NCBI GenBank assembly: GCA_965220345.1
Contig: OZ244822.1
Span: 1,980,070-2,044,069, forward strand
Length of the DNA: 64,000 bases
Direction: 5' to 3'
Source of the DNA: Candidatus Aldehydirespirator sp.
GTDB taxonomy: Bacteria > Actinomycetota > Acidimicrobiia > Acidimicrobiales > Aldehydirespiratoraceae
Within the stretch, counting starts at the first letter, position 1, and every line of letters starts with the position of its first letter. Below the pieces are notes generated by a model, which ran no database searches, was not told where the DNA came from, and worked only from the letters and a program-made list of their open reading frames with translations. Below, in pieces: positions 34,453-44,677 of this stretch. The position numbers and the translations under genes were made by a program.

Positions 34453-36314
34453 GTCGCGGAAGTCTCTGTGAGTGTTTCTTTAGATATCTCTATAAGACAG
34501 TTCTCAAGCAGCACATCGGGAATCGGCACGGTGCGCGCCCGGAGCCATTCACCGAGACTTTTAGCTTGAGGGTCTTGACGATCTGAGGCGGCAACCCCGT
34601 CGCCGAGCAGGCCGTGGATCACAAAGTTGAGCGACCAAATATTCGCCAAGCGATAACGGTCTGTGCATAGAGACGCAATCTCTGGCATCAGCTCGCAGAG
34701 CTGTTCGACAGTCAAAAAGCCGTCTAGCCACTCAAAGGCTTCGGCTGAGCACGCAAAAACGCCCAGATTGGCGTTGCCGCCCTTGTCGCCTGAGCGGGTT
34801 CCGAAGACAAGGCCTAGCGGCGCTTCAGTCACAGTTCCCCAGTCTCGTGCCGCGACAGACGAAGCTGATGACGGGGCAGACGAGGCTGAAGGTTCTGACA
34901 TCTGCGCTGTCTCATCTGACCGCACGGCAACGGATACTTCAGGCAGCGGATCGACCACAGTGCGTTCACCGTCAAGAAAAGTCACATACTGCGGCACTGC
35001 TGAAGCCGATACAGTGGCTGGCCTGTAAACCCCGAAAGCTTTCGGGCCAGCCGACAGAGACGGTGAGAACATTCCCGGGATGGTGGCCAGAACCAGCTCG
35101 TTCATAGCGTCAGACAGAGTTCGCCCGAGCTTGGATTCGTCATGATCGAACACGCTGAGTCGCCAAAAGGCGGTGGCTTCTTCGTTGCTGGCAGGATCAG
35201 GCTTGTCGCAGCGCAGCACCCGTTCAGTCACTTTGGCGTAATCATCTGGGTCGAATGGGCAGGCCCGCCAGAAAGCGTCATGCACCAAAGCAGCTTTGGC
35301 TTCAATGTCTAGGCCAGTGAGCGCAACGCTGATATCGCTGCGGAAGCCGCCTGATTCGTTGGTGGCGACCTTCAAAGTAGCTGGCGGCGGCTCGCCCTTC
35401 ACGCAGTCAATACCGACCCGGTTCTTGGCGATTTGTGTTAGACGGACGGTATCGAAGCGGGTAGTCACATCAGGACCCAGATACCGCGGCGCGTCAATTT
35501 CATAAAGCAGTTGCGCGGTGACTGTGCCCACCGTGACCGCACCACCAGTGTTTTCGTGTTTGCCGATCACCGAAGAACCGTCCGCCGCGATCTCCGCCCA
35601 CGGAAAACCGCAGTGTGACATACCCGGCAGCTCCTTGAAGAACGAATAGTTGCCGCCTGTTGCTTGAGTGCCGCATTCGATGACGTGGCCTGCCGCGACA
35701 GCACCCGCCAGAGCATTCCAGTCGTCGGCTGCCCAGCCGTGATGCCAAGCAGCCGGACCGCAAACCACCGCCGCGTCGGTGACCCTTCCCGTGATCACAA
35801 TGTCGGCACCGCGGTTCAGGGCTTCGACTATTCCCCAGCAGCCCAGATAAGCGTTAGCTGTGATCAGATTTCTGGTTTCGTTGACAGGCTCACCGCTGAC
35901 GAACGACCGCAGCATCACCGCGTCGGGGGCATCCTCGGTGAGGCGTGCCATCAGATCGTCGCCGTTCACGTAAGCGATCCGGGGCTGCAAACCCAGCCGC
36001 TGCGCCACCTCTTCAGTAGCTTCGGCGCAGCCGCGAGGATCAAGTCCGCCCGCGTTGGATATCACTTTGATGCTTTTGTCAAGGCATTCACCCATGACTT
36101 GTTCCATCTGGGTTATGAAACTGCGGGCGTAACCCCCGCCAGCACGACGCGCTCGGGTACGTGCCAAAATCAGCATGGTTAGTTCCGCTAGCCAGTCACC
36201 GGTTAGAGCGTCAATCGGCCCGTCGTTCACCATTTCGGCTGCTGCTGACAGCCGGTCACCGTAGAAACCTGAGCAGTTAGCGATCCTGATCGGCTCAGAG
36301 GCTGCGTTAGACAT
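34449..36314 (-). CDS. AtuA-like (DUF1446) acyclic terpene utilisation family protein
   Basis: 'IRIANCSGFYGDRLSAAAEMV' follows ATG 36314. The length is about 620 aa. The 3' end overlaps the downstream start as ATGA. Confidence 0.65.
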   Translation of the reverse strand: MSNAASEPIRIANCSGFYGDRLSAAAEMVNDGPIDALTGDWLAELTMLILARTRARRAGGGYARSFITQMEQVMGECLDKSIKVISNAGGLDPRGCAEATEEVAQRLGLQPRIAYVNGDDLMARLTEDAPDAVMLRSFVSGEPVNETRNLITANAYLGCWGIVEALNRGADIVITGRVTDAAVVCGPAAWHHGWAADDWNALAGAVAAGHVIECGTQATGGNYSFFKELPGMSHCGFPWAEIAADGSSVIGKHENTGGAVTVGTVTAQLLYEIDAPRYLGPDVTTRFDTVRLTQIAKNRVGIDCVKGEPPPATLKVATNESGGFRSDISVALTGLDIEAKAALVHDAFWRACPFDPDDYAKVTERVLRCDKPDPASNEEATAFWRLSVFDHDESKLGRTLSDAMNELVLATIPGMFSPSLSAGPKAFGVYRPATVSASAVPQYVTFLDGERTVVDPLPEVSVAVRSDETAQMSEPSASSAPSSASSVAARDWGTVTEAPLGLVFGTRSGDKGGNANLGVFACSAEAFEWLDGFLTVEQLCELMPEIASLCTDRYRLANIWSLNFVIHGLLGDGVAASDRQDPQAKSLGEWLRARTVPIPDVLLENCLIEISKETLTETSAT

Positions 36315-36321
36315 GACGGTG

Positions 36322-38295
36322 TCAGCTATCTGCTGCGACTGTTTCTGCTTCGAATACGAGCAGCGGCGAACCGTTGTCCACTTGATCACCTGAAGCCACC
36401 AAAACCTGTGTCACCGTTCCGTTTGCGGGAGCGGTGACATGATGTTCCATCTTCATGCCTTCCATCACTACCAAAGTCGCCCCTGCCTGAACTCGCTCAC
36501 CGGCTGTGACCCTCACTTCGACGATCACTCCAGGCATCGGCGCTGCGAAACCTCCGGCAGTCATGCCTGTGTCTGGCGCACCGAATCGTGGTATCACCGT
36601 CACGGCAGCGGTTTCGGTGTTACCAGTCAGAAATAAGCGATCGCCTGAAGCGGTGACCGTGTAAAGAACCCGGTGAGCATCCCACTCCACGTCAAGTGTC
36701 GTAGAACTCCAAGCAGCAACCCTTGCTTGCGAGGTGACAGGTTCAATGTCACCAGATTCGGCTTTCACCTCAAAAGAGCCGTCACGCAGAGGTCGGTAGG
36801 AGACCTTCACCTCTACTGGACCTGAAGCGTTTTCGACAGCTAGCCGCACATGCTCCGCAGGGAGACGGCCGTGATGCCAGCCGCTAGGCATCCAACCCAA
36901 AGTGCGGGACTGGCTACGTTCAGCGGCTTGCAGCCACATCGCTGCCGCAATCGCCAGCCGCTGACAATGAGCGTCCGAGAAGGCCACAGCGCGACTCGGG
37001 TTGATGCGCTCAATGAAATCGGTGGTGGTGTCACCCAACAAAAAACTCTCAGCATCAAGCACAGCCGCCAAGAAATGGCGGTTGGTGACAACCCCGCCGA
37101 GGTGCAGCCGCTGCAACGCCAGACTCAGGCTTTGTGCGGCTTCGCTGCGGTTCGGGGCATATGCGATCACCTTGGCGAGCATCGGATCAAATTCCAGCCC
37201 CACCTCGCTGCCAGCCTCTACTCCGCTGTCCCAGCGAACCGCCGGTTCGCAAGCAGGAGCGAACGCAGCCAGAGTTCCCACCGCAGGCAAAAATCCCGAA
37301 GCGGGGTCTTCGGCGTAGAGACGTGCCTCAATGGCGTGACCAGTGAAGCTGATTTCGCTTTGGGTGTATCCCAGCGGCTCACCGGCAGCGATCCGCAACT
37401 GTTCACGCACTAGGTCAATGCCGGTGACTTCTTCAGTCACTGGATGCTCCACCTGAAGCCTGGTGTTGACCTCCAAGAAGAAGAACTCGCCTGTGTCATC
37501 ATCAAGCACTAGTTCCACCGTGCCTGCTGAGACATACCCAATCGACTCCGCCAACCGCACCGCAGCGGCACCCATCGCGGCACGCAGAGTCTCGTCCACG
37601 GCACTAGAAGGCGATTCTTCGATGATTTTCTGGTGACGGCGCTGAATCGAGCATTCGCGTTCGCCGAGATGCACAACGCTGCCGTGAGTGTCGCCCAGAA
37701 CCTGTATCTCGATATGGCGACAGCGCGGCAGGTAACGCTCCAAAAACACGGTGTCGTCACCGAAACCACCGAGCGCTTCGCGCCGTGCCGCGGCTACAGC
37801 GTCATCGAGATCAGCAGCATCGAACACCAGTCTCATGCCCTTGCCACCGCCTCCAGCGGCTGCTTTGACCAGTAGCGGATAGCCGATTTCGTTTGCGTTA
37901 GCCGGATTCTCAGTGAAAGGCAGTGTCGGCATGTTCGCTGCCACTGCAGCGGTTTTGGCTGCGAGCTTGTCGCCCATCGTTTCGATGGCATCAGGCCCTG
38001 GACCAACCCAGGTCAAACCTGCTGCGGTCACCGCTCGGGCAAAGTCGGCGTTCTCTGACAGGAAGCCGTAACCAGGATGCACTGCGTCTGCGCCTGCTTT
38101 CAGCGCTGCGGCTACCACAGCGTCAGCGTCTAGATAACTGCTGTGGAGCCTTATGGCTGTATCAGCTTCAGTCACGAACGGGGCATCGCGGTCAGCTTCA
38201 ACGAACACCGCCACACAGCGAATACCCAGGGCTCGTGCGGTGCGGAACACGCGTCGTGCTATCTCTCCGCGGTTCGCTACCAGCAGAGCTTTCAT
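36322..38295 (-). CDS. Biotin-dependent acyl-CoA carboxylase alpha subunit (biotin carboxylase plus BCCP)
   Basis: The N-terminus reads 'MKALLVANRGEIARRVFRTARALGI'. 'GGGGKGMR' marks the ATP-grasp domain. The C-terminal 'EGMKMEH' is the biotinyl-lysine motif. Confidence 0.9.
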   Translation of the reverse strand: MKALLVANRGEIARRVFRTARALGIRCVAVFVEADRDAPFVTEADTAIRLHSSYLDADAVVAAALKAGADAVHPGYGFLSENADFARAVTAAGLTWVGPGPDAIETMGDKLAAKTAAVAANMPTLPFTENPANANEIGYPLLVKAAAGGGGKGMRLVFDAADLDDAVAAARREALGGFGDDTVFLERYLPRCRHIEIQVLGDTHGSVVHLGERECSIQRRHQKIIEESPSSAVDETLRAAMGAAAVRLAESIGYVSAGTVELVLDDDTGEFFFLEVNTRLQVEHPVTEEVTGIDLVREQLRIAAGEPLGYTQSEISFTGHAIEARLYAEDPASGFLPAVGTLAAFAPACEPAVRWDSGVEAGSEVGLEFDPMLAKVIAYAPNRSEAAQSLSLALQRLHLGGVVTNRHFLAAVLDAESFLLGDTTTDFIERINPSRAVAFSDAHCQRLAIAAAMWLQAAERSQSRTLGWMPSGWHHGRLPAEHVRLAVENASGPVEVKVSYRPLRDGSFEVKAESGDIEPVTSQARVAAWSSTTLDVEWDAHRVLYTVTASGDRLFLTGNTETAAVTVIPRFGAPDTGMTAGGFAAPMPGVIVEVRVTAGERVQAGATLVVMEGMKMEHHVTAPANGTVTQVLVASGDQVDNGSPLLVFEAETVAADS

Positions 38296-38377
38296 GGCTT
38301 CAAAGTCTGCGAAGCCTGCGCTGGCTTTGCAGGCTGTGGTGTCGCTACGGTTGATGCAGTGATGTCGCGATAGGAGT

Positions 38378-40132
38378 TCACAGTCGGAACACTCCGTAGC
38401 CGTCGGTGCCGTTGATTGGTGTGTTATGCACCACCGAAAGGCACATGCCGAGCACGCTGCGAGTGTCGCGTGGATCTATGATCCCGTCGTCACTGATAGC
38501 CCCAGTGGCGCACAAAGCTTGCGAGCCGCGCTCTTGCATGGCTTCGGCTTGGGCCACGATCTCGGCATCTTCGGCCTCGTCAAATGGTTCGCCTTTGCGG
38601 GCGGCTCTTGCTCTGCGCACCTGAGACATCACCCCAGCGATCTGTTTAGGGCCCATCACTGCGATCTTGGCTGTAGGCCATAACCAAGTGAAACGATTAC
38701 CGAAAGCTCGGCCCGACATGCCGTATGTGCCTGCACCGTAGGAAGAACCGACGATCACCGTTAGATGCGGAACCGTGGAGTTGGCCACCGCGTTGATCAT
38801 TTGCGACCCTTTTTTGACCATGCCGTCAGCCTCGAAGTCTCGTCCCACCATGAAACCGGTGATGTTTTGCAGAAACACCAGCGGAATGTCTGACTGATTG
38901 CACAACTGGATGAAGGTGGCACCTTTCTGTGCTGAGTCTGGGTAGAGCACTCCATTGTTACCCAGAATGCCGACCGGGTAGCCGAAGATGGAAGCCCAGC
39001 CGCACACCAGAGTCGTGCCGAAACGGGCTTTGTATTCCTCAAAGCGTGATCCGTCAACCACGCGGGCGATCACTTCGCGAATATCGAAAGGCTGCCGCAG
39101 GTCACGACTCACTAGCCCCAACAACTCCTCAGGATCATGGATCGGTGCGTCTGGGGTCATGGTGGGACCATCGCCGGGTTTGCGGCGGTTGAGATGCGAA
39201 ACCACTTCGCGGCACATGCGGATGGCATCCATCTCATCAACCGCGAAATAGTCGCCCAAACCTGACACATCGGCATGCAGTCGAGCGCCGCCGAGTGTTT
39301 CGTCATCGGATTCTTCGCCGGTGGCCATTTTCACAAGCGGAGGGCCAGCCAAAAAAATCTTGGACTGGTCGGCCACCACAATGTTGTAGTCAGATAAGCC
39401 CGGCTGATAAGCACCGCCCGCAGTGGACGAACCGAAAACCACACACACCGTCGGAATCCGCATTCTGGACAGTTCGATCATTTCGTAAAAGAAACGGCCA
39501 GTCTCCGCGAAATGTGTGGTTTGAACGCCGCCTCCGCTTCCGCCAGTGAACTCCGAACCGCCGCCTGAGCTGCCACCGAGACGCAGATCAGCACCAGCGG
39601 ATTCAACGAAGCTCACATAGGGGATGTGATTATCGCGGGCGATTTCTAGTGCTCGCATCCATTTTTTGCTGGCGTAAGGGGTGAGCGCTCCAGCGAGCAC
39701 GCTGGGATCGTTGCCCATGATTACGCACTCGTTGCCGCCGATCACTCCAACCCCGACCACCATCCCTCCGCCCATGGTGTAGTCAGAGTCGTAGGCGGCT
39801 AATGCGCTGATCTCAAGGAAGGGGCTGTTGGGGTCGATCACGTTAGCGATGCGCTCGCGTATAGGCAGTTTGTTGCGTGAGCGGAGCCGTTCCATGGCTG
39901 CTGGCCCGCCGCCTGCTTCTGCTTCGTCGAGAAGTAAGTCGATTTCGGCGAGCTGCTCAAGCATGTCGGCACGGTTGCGTGCGAAAGCTTCGCTGCGGGT
40001 ATCAAGACTGCTAGTCAACGCAGGCGCAAGCAGCTGCTGTGTTGGCTGCTGGGCTGTGGCGCTCGCAGTGTTAGTGCTGTTCACTGCTGCGCTCGCAGTT
40101 GCGCTCACCGGTGTGTTCGCAGTTGTTTTCAC
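38378..40132 (-). CDS. Acyl-CoA carboxylase carboxyltransferase (beta) subunit, methylcrotonyl/geranyl-CoA carboxylase type
   Basis: It is collinear with LiuB/MccB-type sequences: 'KLPIRERI...DP.SPFLE', 'FGSSTAGGAYQP', 'IFLAGPPLVK' and 'FLQNITGFMVG'. The N-terminal ~35 aa extension leaves the start uncertain. Confidence 0.85.
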   Translation of the reverse strand: MKTTANTPVSATASAAVNSTNTASATAQQPTQQLLAPALTSSLDTRSEAFARNRADMLEQLAEIDLLLDEAEAGGGPAAMERLRSRNKLPIRERIANVIDPNSPFLEISALAAYDSDYTMGGGMVVGVGVIGGNECVIMGNDPSVLAGALTPYASKKWMRALEIARDNHIPYVSFVESAGADLRLGGSSGGGSEFTGGSGGGVQTTHFAETGRFFYEMIELSRMRIPTVCVVFGSSTAGGAYQPGLSDYNIVVADQSKIFLAGPPLVKMATGEESDDETLGGARLHADVSGLGDYFAVDEMDAIRMCREVVSHLNRRKPGDGPTMTPDAPIHDPEELLGLVSRDLRQPFDIREVIARVVDGSRFEEYKARFGTTLVCGWASIFGYPVGILGNNGVLYPDSAQKGATFIQLCNQSDIPLVFLQNITGFMVGRDFEADGMVKKGSQMINAVANSTVPHLTVIVGSSYGAGTYGMSGRAFGNRFTWLWPTAKIAVMGPKQIAGVMSQVRRARAARKGEPFDEAEDAEIVAQAEAMQERGSQALCATGAISDDGIIDPRDTRSVLGMCLSVVHNTPINGTDGYGVFRL

Positions 40133-40472
40133 TGCTTTGTTTGCTGTTGAGAACCTCGAAGCTGCTTCTCATCTTGGTGACACTACCGCAGTCGTGTAGA
40201 TGCCAGCCCACGCGAACGCAGGAAGCTGGCCTGCGGTTGGCCTGCGGGTGGGGGGTGGTCTTGTGGTGAAGCGTCACAGTCGTGCGGAGGCTCTCAAGCT
40301 CTGGGACATGGTGACCACCTGGCTGCAGTATCCGCATCTCTATGAGATTCAGCGGCCCAAATCCCAGGCCGACGAGAACGCCATAGCCGAAGTTTTTCGC
40401 CCGTATCTCGAAGCACGCGACTGGGTAAGCATCAACCGAGGCGAAGTCTTTGAGTTCAAAAAATCCTGAGCC

Positions 40473-43265
40473 TCAGCCGGTGTTGCGCATACCCGCGGCA
40501 ACACCGTTCACTGTCAACAGCAGTGTCCGCAATAGCAGTTCACGCTGTTGTGGGCTTGATCCCCAGCCGCTGCGATAACGCGCCAACAGATCTGCCTGCA
40601 GCACGTTGATCGGATCAAGATAAGCGTCTCGCACGGTCAAAGTGCGACGCAAAATAGGCAGATCTTCAAGCAGGCCACGGCCGGTGAGAGATGTGATCTC
40701 GGCCACTGTTCGGTCGTATTCGGCGCACACGGACTCGAAATGGCAGTGCAGTGTCGGGTCAACCAAAGTGGTCACATAATGGCTTGCAATATCTAGATCC
40801 GTCTTGAATAAGGTCATTTCCACGTTGGACACGAACGTGCGAAAAAACTGCCAAGACTCATACATCTGATTGAGATCGTCGCTCATGCCAGCGGCTCGGG
40901 CTGCTGCCAATCCAGCACCGACACCGAACCAGCCAGGCACAATCTGGCGTGACTGGGTCCAGCCGAACACCCAGGGAATGGCCCGCAGGCCGTCGATTCC
41001 CGCATCGGATCGGTTGCGTCTAGCAGGACGCGAACCAATGTTCATTTCGGTGAGTTCCTCCACTGGAGTGGACGTGCGGAAGTATTCGATCAAGCCGGGT
41101 GCCTGAATAAAAGTCCGGTAAGCGTCGAAGGCTGCGCTTGAGGTCGCTTCCATTACTTGATCCCAGCGTCGGGTCACAGCCGGGTCATTGCGAGGAGTGC
41201 AATGCGCCAGCGATGCTTCCACCACAGCCGCAAAAGCCAAGTCAAGGTTGCGGTAGGCGAGGCGAGGAAGACCGTATTTGTCGGCGATCACTTCGCCTTG
41301 TTCAGTGATCTTGACCGAGCCTCTCACTGCGCCGGGGGGTTGGCTCAGAATCGCTGCATGGGTCGGGCCACCACCGCGTCCGACAGTGCCGCCTCGACCG
41401 TGAAACACTGTCATAGCGACACCTGTTTGTTCTGCTGCTTCAGCGATGGCTCGCAGCGCTTTGTGTATCTCCCACTGTGAGGTGGTGATGCCGCCGTCCT
41501 TGTTGGAGTCGGAGTAGCCGACCATTACCTCTTGGGTGTTGCCTCGCAGTTCCACAAGTTGCCGGTAAGGCGGCACCGCCAGCAGGTCTCGCAGCACCGG
41601 GCCTGCACGGCGGAGGTCTTCGATAGTTTCAAACAGGGGCACGAATCCCAGCCGAGCTACGCCAGCTGTCAAATCAACCAGCCCCGCCTCTCGGGACAGC
41701 ACCGCCGGTGCCAAAATGTCGTGAGGGCCTTGGGTCATTGACACGATGTAGCTGCGTACGATCTGGTCTCCTTTGGTGTCCATCTCGTGTCGCAGCACGC
41801 TGAACAGCTCTAGCACGCTTTCGGCATCGTCAGGCAGCACCCGTCCCCGAGATGCCAGCGGTCTAGGGCCTGCAAGTTCCGCAGCCAACAGTTCCGCTCG
41901 TTCGTGTCCAGTGAGTGTGTCGTAGTCGATTTCGAGTGGCTTGAACAGGCTGCTCAGCGCCATGTGGTGACGCTGAGAATGCTCGCGAATGTCAAGAGTG
42001 GCAAGGTCAAAACCGATCATGGACACAATGCGCTGCACTCGTGCTAGGCGACCCTCGGCTAGGAGTTGCCCGTTGTTGGCCTGCAATGACCTTGCCAGCA
42101 TGTCCAAGTCGTTGGCTAGTTCGGTTGCCGACTCATATGGTGCAGCACCCGACGCAGCAGCGCCCGCCATAGCACCCGACGCAGCGCCCGTCGTTGCGGA
42201 ACCTGACACTGCCGAAGCTGTGGCAGCTTGCTCAGTATCTAGAAGGCGCCGATGGATTACAGCCAGCCGCTGACGGTATGGCTCGCCTGCGCTCAGTGAG
42301 GAGAAACGGGCGGTGACTTCTGGGAACTCTTCATGATCGCGCGCTAGGCGTGCCGTTAGCTCATCGGAGACCCCGCGAACGGCTAGCCCCACGCTCAGCT
42401 CCGAAGACAACCCCACAATCTCATCCAACAGAACACGCAGAGCCCGCCGCCGCTGGAATGCCAGCACTTTTGCTGTGGTGTCTGGAGTGACGTTGGGGTT
42501 ACCGTCGCGGTCGCCGCCCACCCAAGAACCGAAACGAATCGGCGAATGGTCAGGATTAAGTTCTGCGCCCAGCGATCCAAGCACAGAGTTAATGTCGTCA
42601 AGCAGTTCCGGTAGTCCGAACCTGACTATCTCGGTGAGGAAATAAAGCATCGACCGGGCTTCGTCCACCGGATCAGGCTTTTGCCGGCGCAGCTCGTCGG
42701 TTTGCCAGATGGCATCAATCAGCTCATCAATCCGGCGATCTACCCGTTGTCGTGCTGTGTCATCGGCACCTGCTTGCACTCGGCGCTCAATCAGCCTGGC
42801 GATCTCGGCCAGTTTGTCGAGTATTGAGCGGCGTGACGCTTCGGTGGGGTGAGCGGTAAACACGGGACGCAGCTCGGCGCTGTTGATCGTGTCGGCTATT
42901 TCGTGGTTTCCGTAACCTTGCTGTCGCAGCCTTTCGACCATCTCACCGAAACGGTTTGATCCAGCCGAGCGCCGTTCGGTGAGGTCATCAATGCGATGCA
43001 CCTGCTCAACAGTGTTAGCGAGATGGAAATAGACGGTAAAAGCTCGAGCCAAAAGCCCTGCTTCAGTAAGATCCACATCTGCTAGCAGTGTCGCCAGAGC
43101 GGTGTTGCCTTCTTCGCTGCGGCGCAGACCTTGAGCTAGACCACGCACCTGCTCTACCCGTTCAAGCAGCTCAGGTCCGTGCTGGCGGACGAGCGTGTCG
43201 CCGAGCTGGCTGCCTAGACGGCGAATGTCGCCACGCAGTGCCGAGTCGATTTCTTCTAGTTGCAC
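40473..43265 (-). CDS. ppc: Phosphoenolpyruvate carboxylase
   Basis: The 930-aa ORF has 'VFTAHPTE', 'VGYSDSNKDGG' and 'FHGRGGTVGRGGGP'. It ends in the C-terminal 'RNTG'. Confidence 0.95.
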   Translation of the reverse strand: MQLEEIDSALRGDIRRLGSQLGDTLVRQHGPELLERVEQVRGLAQGLRRSEEGNTALATLLADVDLTEAGLLARAFTVYFHLANTVEQVHRIDDLTERRSAGSNRFGEMVERLRQQGYGNHEIADTINSAELRPVFTAHPTEASRRSILDKLAEIARLIERRVQAGADDTARQRVDRRIDELIDAIWQTDELRRQKPDPVDEARSMLYFLTEIVRFGLPELLDDINSVLGSLGAELNPDHSPIRFGSWVGGDRDGNPNVTPDTTAKVLAFQRRRALRVLLDEIVGLSSELSVGLAVRGVSDELTARLARDHEEFPEVTARFSSLSAGEPYRQRLAVIHRRLLDTEQAATASAVSGSATTGAASGAMAGAAASGAAPYESATELANDLDMLARSLQANNGQLLAEGRLARVQRIVSMIGFDLATLDIREHSQRHHMALSSLFKPLEIDYDTLTGHERAELLAAELAGPRPLASRGRVLPDDAESVLELFSVLRHEMDTKGDQIVRSYIVSMTQGPHDILAPAVLSREAGLVDLTAGVARLGFVPLFETIEDLRRAGPVLRDLLAVPPYRQLVELRGNTQEVMVGYSDSNKDGGITTSQWEIHKALRAIAEAAEQTGVAMTVFHGRGGTVGRGGGPTHAAILSQPPGAVRGSVKITEQGEVIADKYGLPRLAYRNLDLAFAAVVEASLAHCTPRNDPAVTRRWDQVMEATSSAAFDAYRTFIQAPGLIEYFRTSTPVEELTEMNIGSRPARRNRSDAGIDGLRAIPWVFGWTQSRQIVPGWFGVGAGLAAARAAGMSDDLNQMYESWQFFRTFVSNVEMTLFKTDLDIASHYVTTLVDPTLHCHFESVCAEYDRTVAEITSLTGRGLLEDLPILRRTLTVRDAYLDPINVLQADLLARYRSGWGSSPQQRELLLRTLLLTVNGVAAGMRNTG

Positions 43266-43408
43266 GAAGTCTTCACGATGCTTTGCTTGGGGCTTTCTCG
43301 GGGTTTCTCGCTACTGTCTCGCAGCTTTCTGGCCTTTTTCTGACGGTTTCTGATGACTTTAAGCTTAGGTTCACCCTGTTCACCTAAGTGACTGCGAGGA
43401 ACTTTGGA

Positions 43409-44644
43409 TCAGGCAGCGGAACGGGTGCGTCTCAGCACCGGCTCCGCAAGTCTCAAGCCGCGGTCGGCTACACGCAGCACACGCGGCGACATGCCTTCGG
43501 TGTCTCCGTCTATGAGGTTGCCCATCACTTGAAGCGTGATGTTGGCGATGGTGTCAGAAGCCATCGACAGACGCAGGCCGTTTCGCAGAATCCAGGGATG
43601 TCCGATCAAAAAACAGAAACGGCGTCCAGTGCTCAAGAAACTGTCGAAACGTTGGCCGATAACACGGTCGTAGCTGTCAGTTGCGCTAGCTGGATCGGTC
43701 AAGAACAACTCCGCGAGCAGCATCCCCGACTCCAAGCCGTAGTCAATGCCTTCACCGTTCATCGGGTTAACCAGCCCAGCCGCGTCACCCACCGCAGCCC
43801 AGCCGCTGCCGTGGCGTCGGGCCGCGCTCATAGGCAACCGCCAAGCTCGGGGGCGTTCTAGGTAGTCACCGAGACCCCATTGTTGTGCGAACATTTTGTG
43901 GTAGTCGTTCAACAGATGGTTGAGATTGAGGCTTCGTAAGCCTTTCATGGTGGATGCCACGCCCGCACCTATGTTCACGGTGCCGTCACCAGCTGGGAAA
44001 AGCCAGCCATAGCCGGGCACCCAATCGCCGTCGGCACTGCGCATCGTGAGACAGGCTTCAAGGAGGCGCTCATCATGGCGTGGGCTGCTCACATAAGTTC
44101 TGATAGCGAGGCCGTAGGGCTCTGCGGCGACTCTTTCAGCGCCGAGCATTCGGGCTGATGCCCCAGGCGCGCCAGCAGCGAGTACCACCAGATCTGCGTG
44201 CCAGCGGGCATTACCGTCGGCTTGTTGCACCCCGATGACGCTGCCATCATCTGAGATGGTGGGCAGCACTTCGGTGTTCCATATGATTTCAGCGCCAGCA
44301 TTTTCTGCTGCTTTCACCAAGTGATGGTCAAGCTCGCGGCGAGGCCAAACCGCTCCTTTAGTGCCGAAACGGTTGCCTTCGGGCCAGAGCAGTTCGCGTT
44401 TTGTGGTGCCTGCGATCATTCTTAGCCCGTCGATTTGGTGTGCATCTTCAAGAGTGATGCCGAGATCAGACAATGCGGTCACTGCCCGCGGTGTCAAAGC
44501 GTCGCCGCAGACCTTGTCACGGCCCGGGGATGCCTTCTCAAATACGGTCACGCGGGCACCGCCAGCAGCGGCTGTGATGGCGGCGGCGGCACCAGCTGGC
44601 CCAGCGCCGATGACTGCGATGTCGCGTTTGGTGACAGCACTCAT
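43409..44644 (-). CDS. Geranylgeranyl reductase family FAD-dependent oxidoreductase (MenJ-like)
   Basis: 'DIAVIGAGPAGAAAA' is the FAD fold. 'DKVCGDALTPRAV' and 'GDAAGLVNPMNGEGI' are present. The protein is 411 aa. Confidence 0.8.
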   Translation of the reverse strand: MSAVTKRDIAVIGAGPAGAAAAITAAAGGARVTVFEKASPGRDKVCGDALTPRAVTALSDLGITLEDAHQIDGLRMIAGTTKRELLWPEGNRFGTKGAVWPRRELDHHLVKAAENAGAEIIWNTEVLPTISDDGSVIGVQQADGNARWHADLVVLAAGAPGASARMLGAERVAAEPYGLAIRTYVSSPRHDERLLEACLTMRSADGDWVPGYGWLFPAGDGTVNIGAGVASTMKGLRSLNLNHLLNDYHKMFAQQWGLGDYLERPRAWRLPMSAARRHGSGWAAVGDAAGLVNPMNGEGIDYGLESGMLLAELFLTDPASATDSYDRVIGQRFDSFLSTGRRFCFLIGHPWILRNGLRLSMASDTIANITLQVMGNLIDGDTEGMSPRVLRVADRGLRLAEPVLRRTRSAA

Positions 44645-44677
44645 CTTTGCGCTCGCATAGTGGTACTGCCTCTTGTG

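Noticed and set aside
40200-40469. An 89-aa plus-strand ORF lies between the carboxylase operon start and ppc.
   Set aside because: Its first third is Gly/Arg-rich and overlaps the promoter region of the carboxylase operon. It has no Shine-Dalgarno and no recognisable motif. A shorter product from Met37 (MVTTWLQYPHLYEIQ...) cannot be excluded, but nothing supports it.
34663-43861. Numerous 60-190-aa ORFs lie antisense or off-frame within the AtuA-like, carboxylase, ppc and reductase genes.
   Set aside because: Each lies wholly inside a long ORF with strong family motifs. Their compositions are Arg/Ser/Ala/Pro-rich, typical of non-coding frames in GC-rich DNA.
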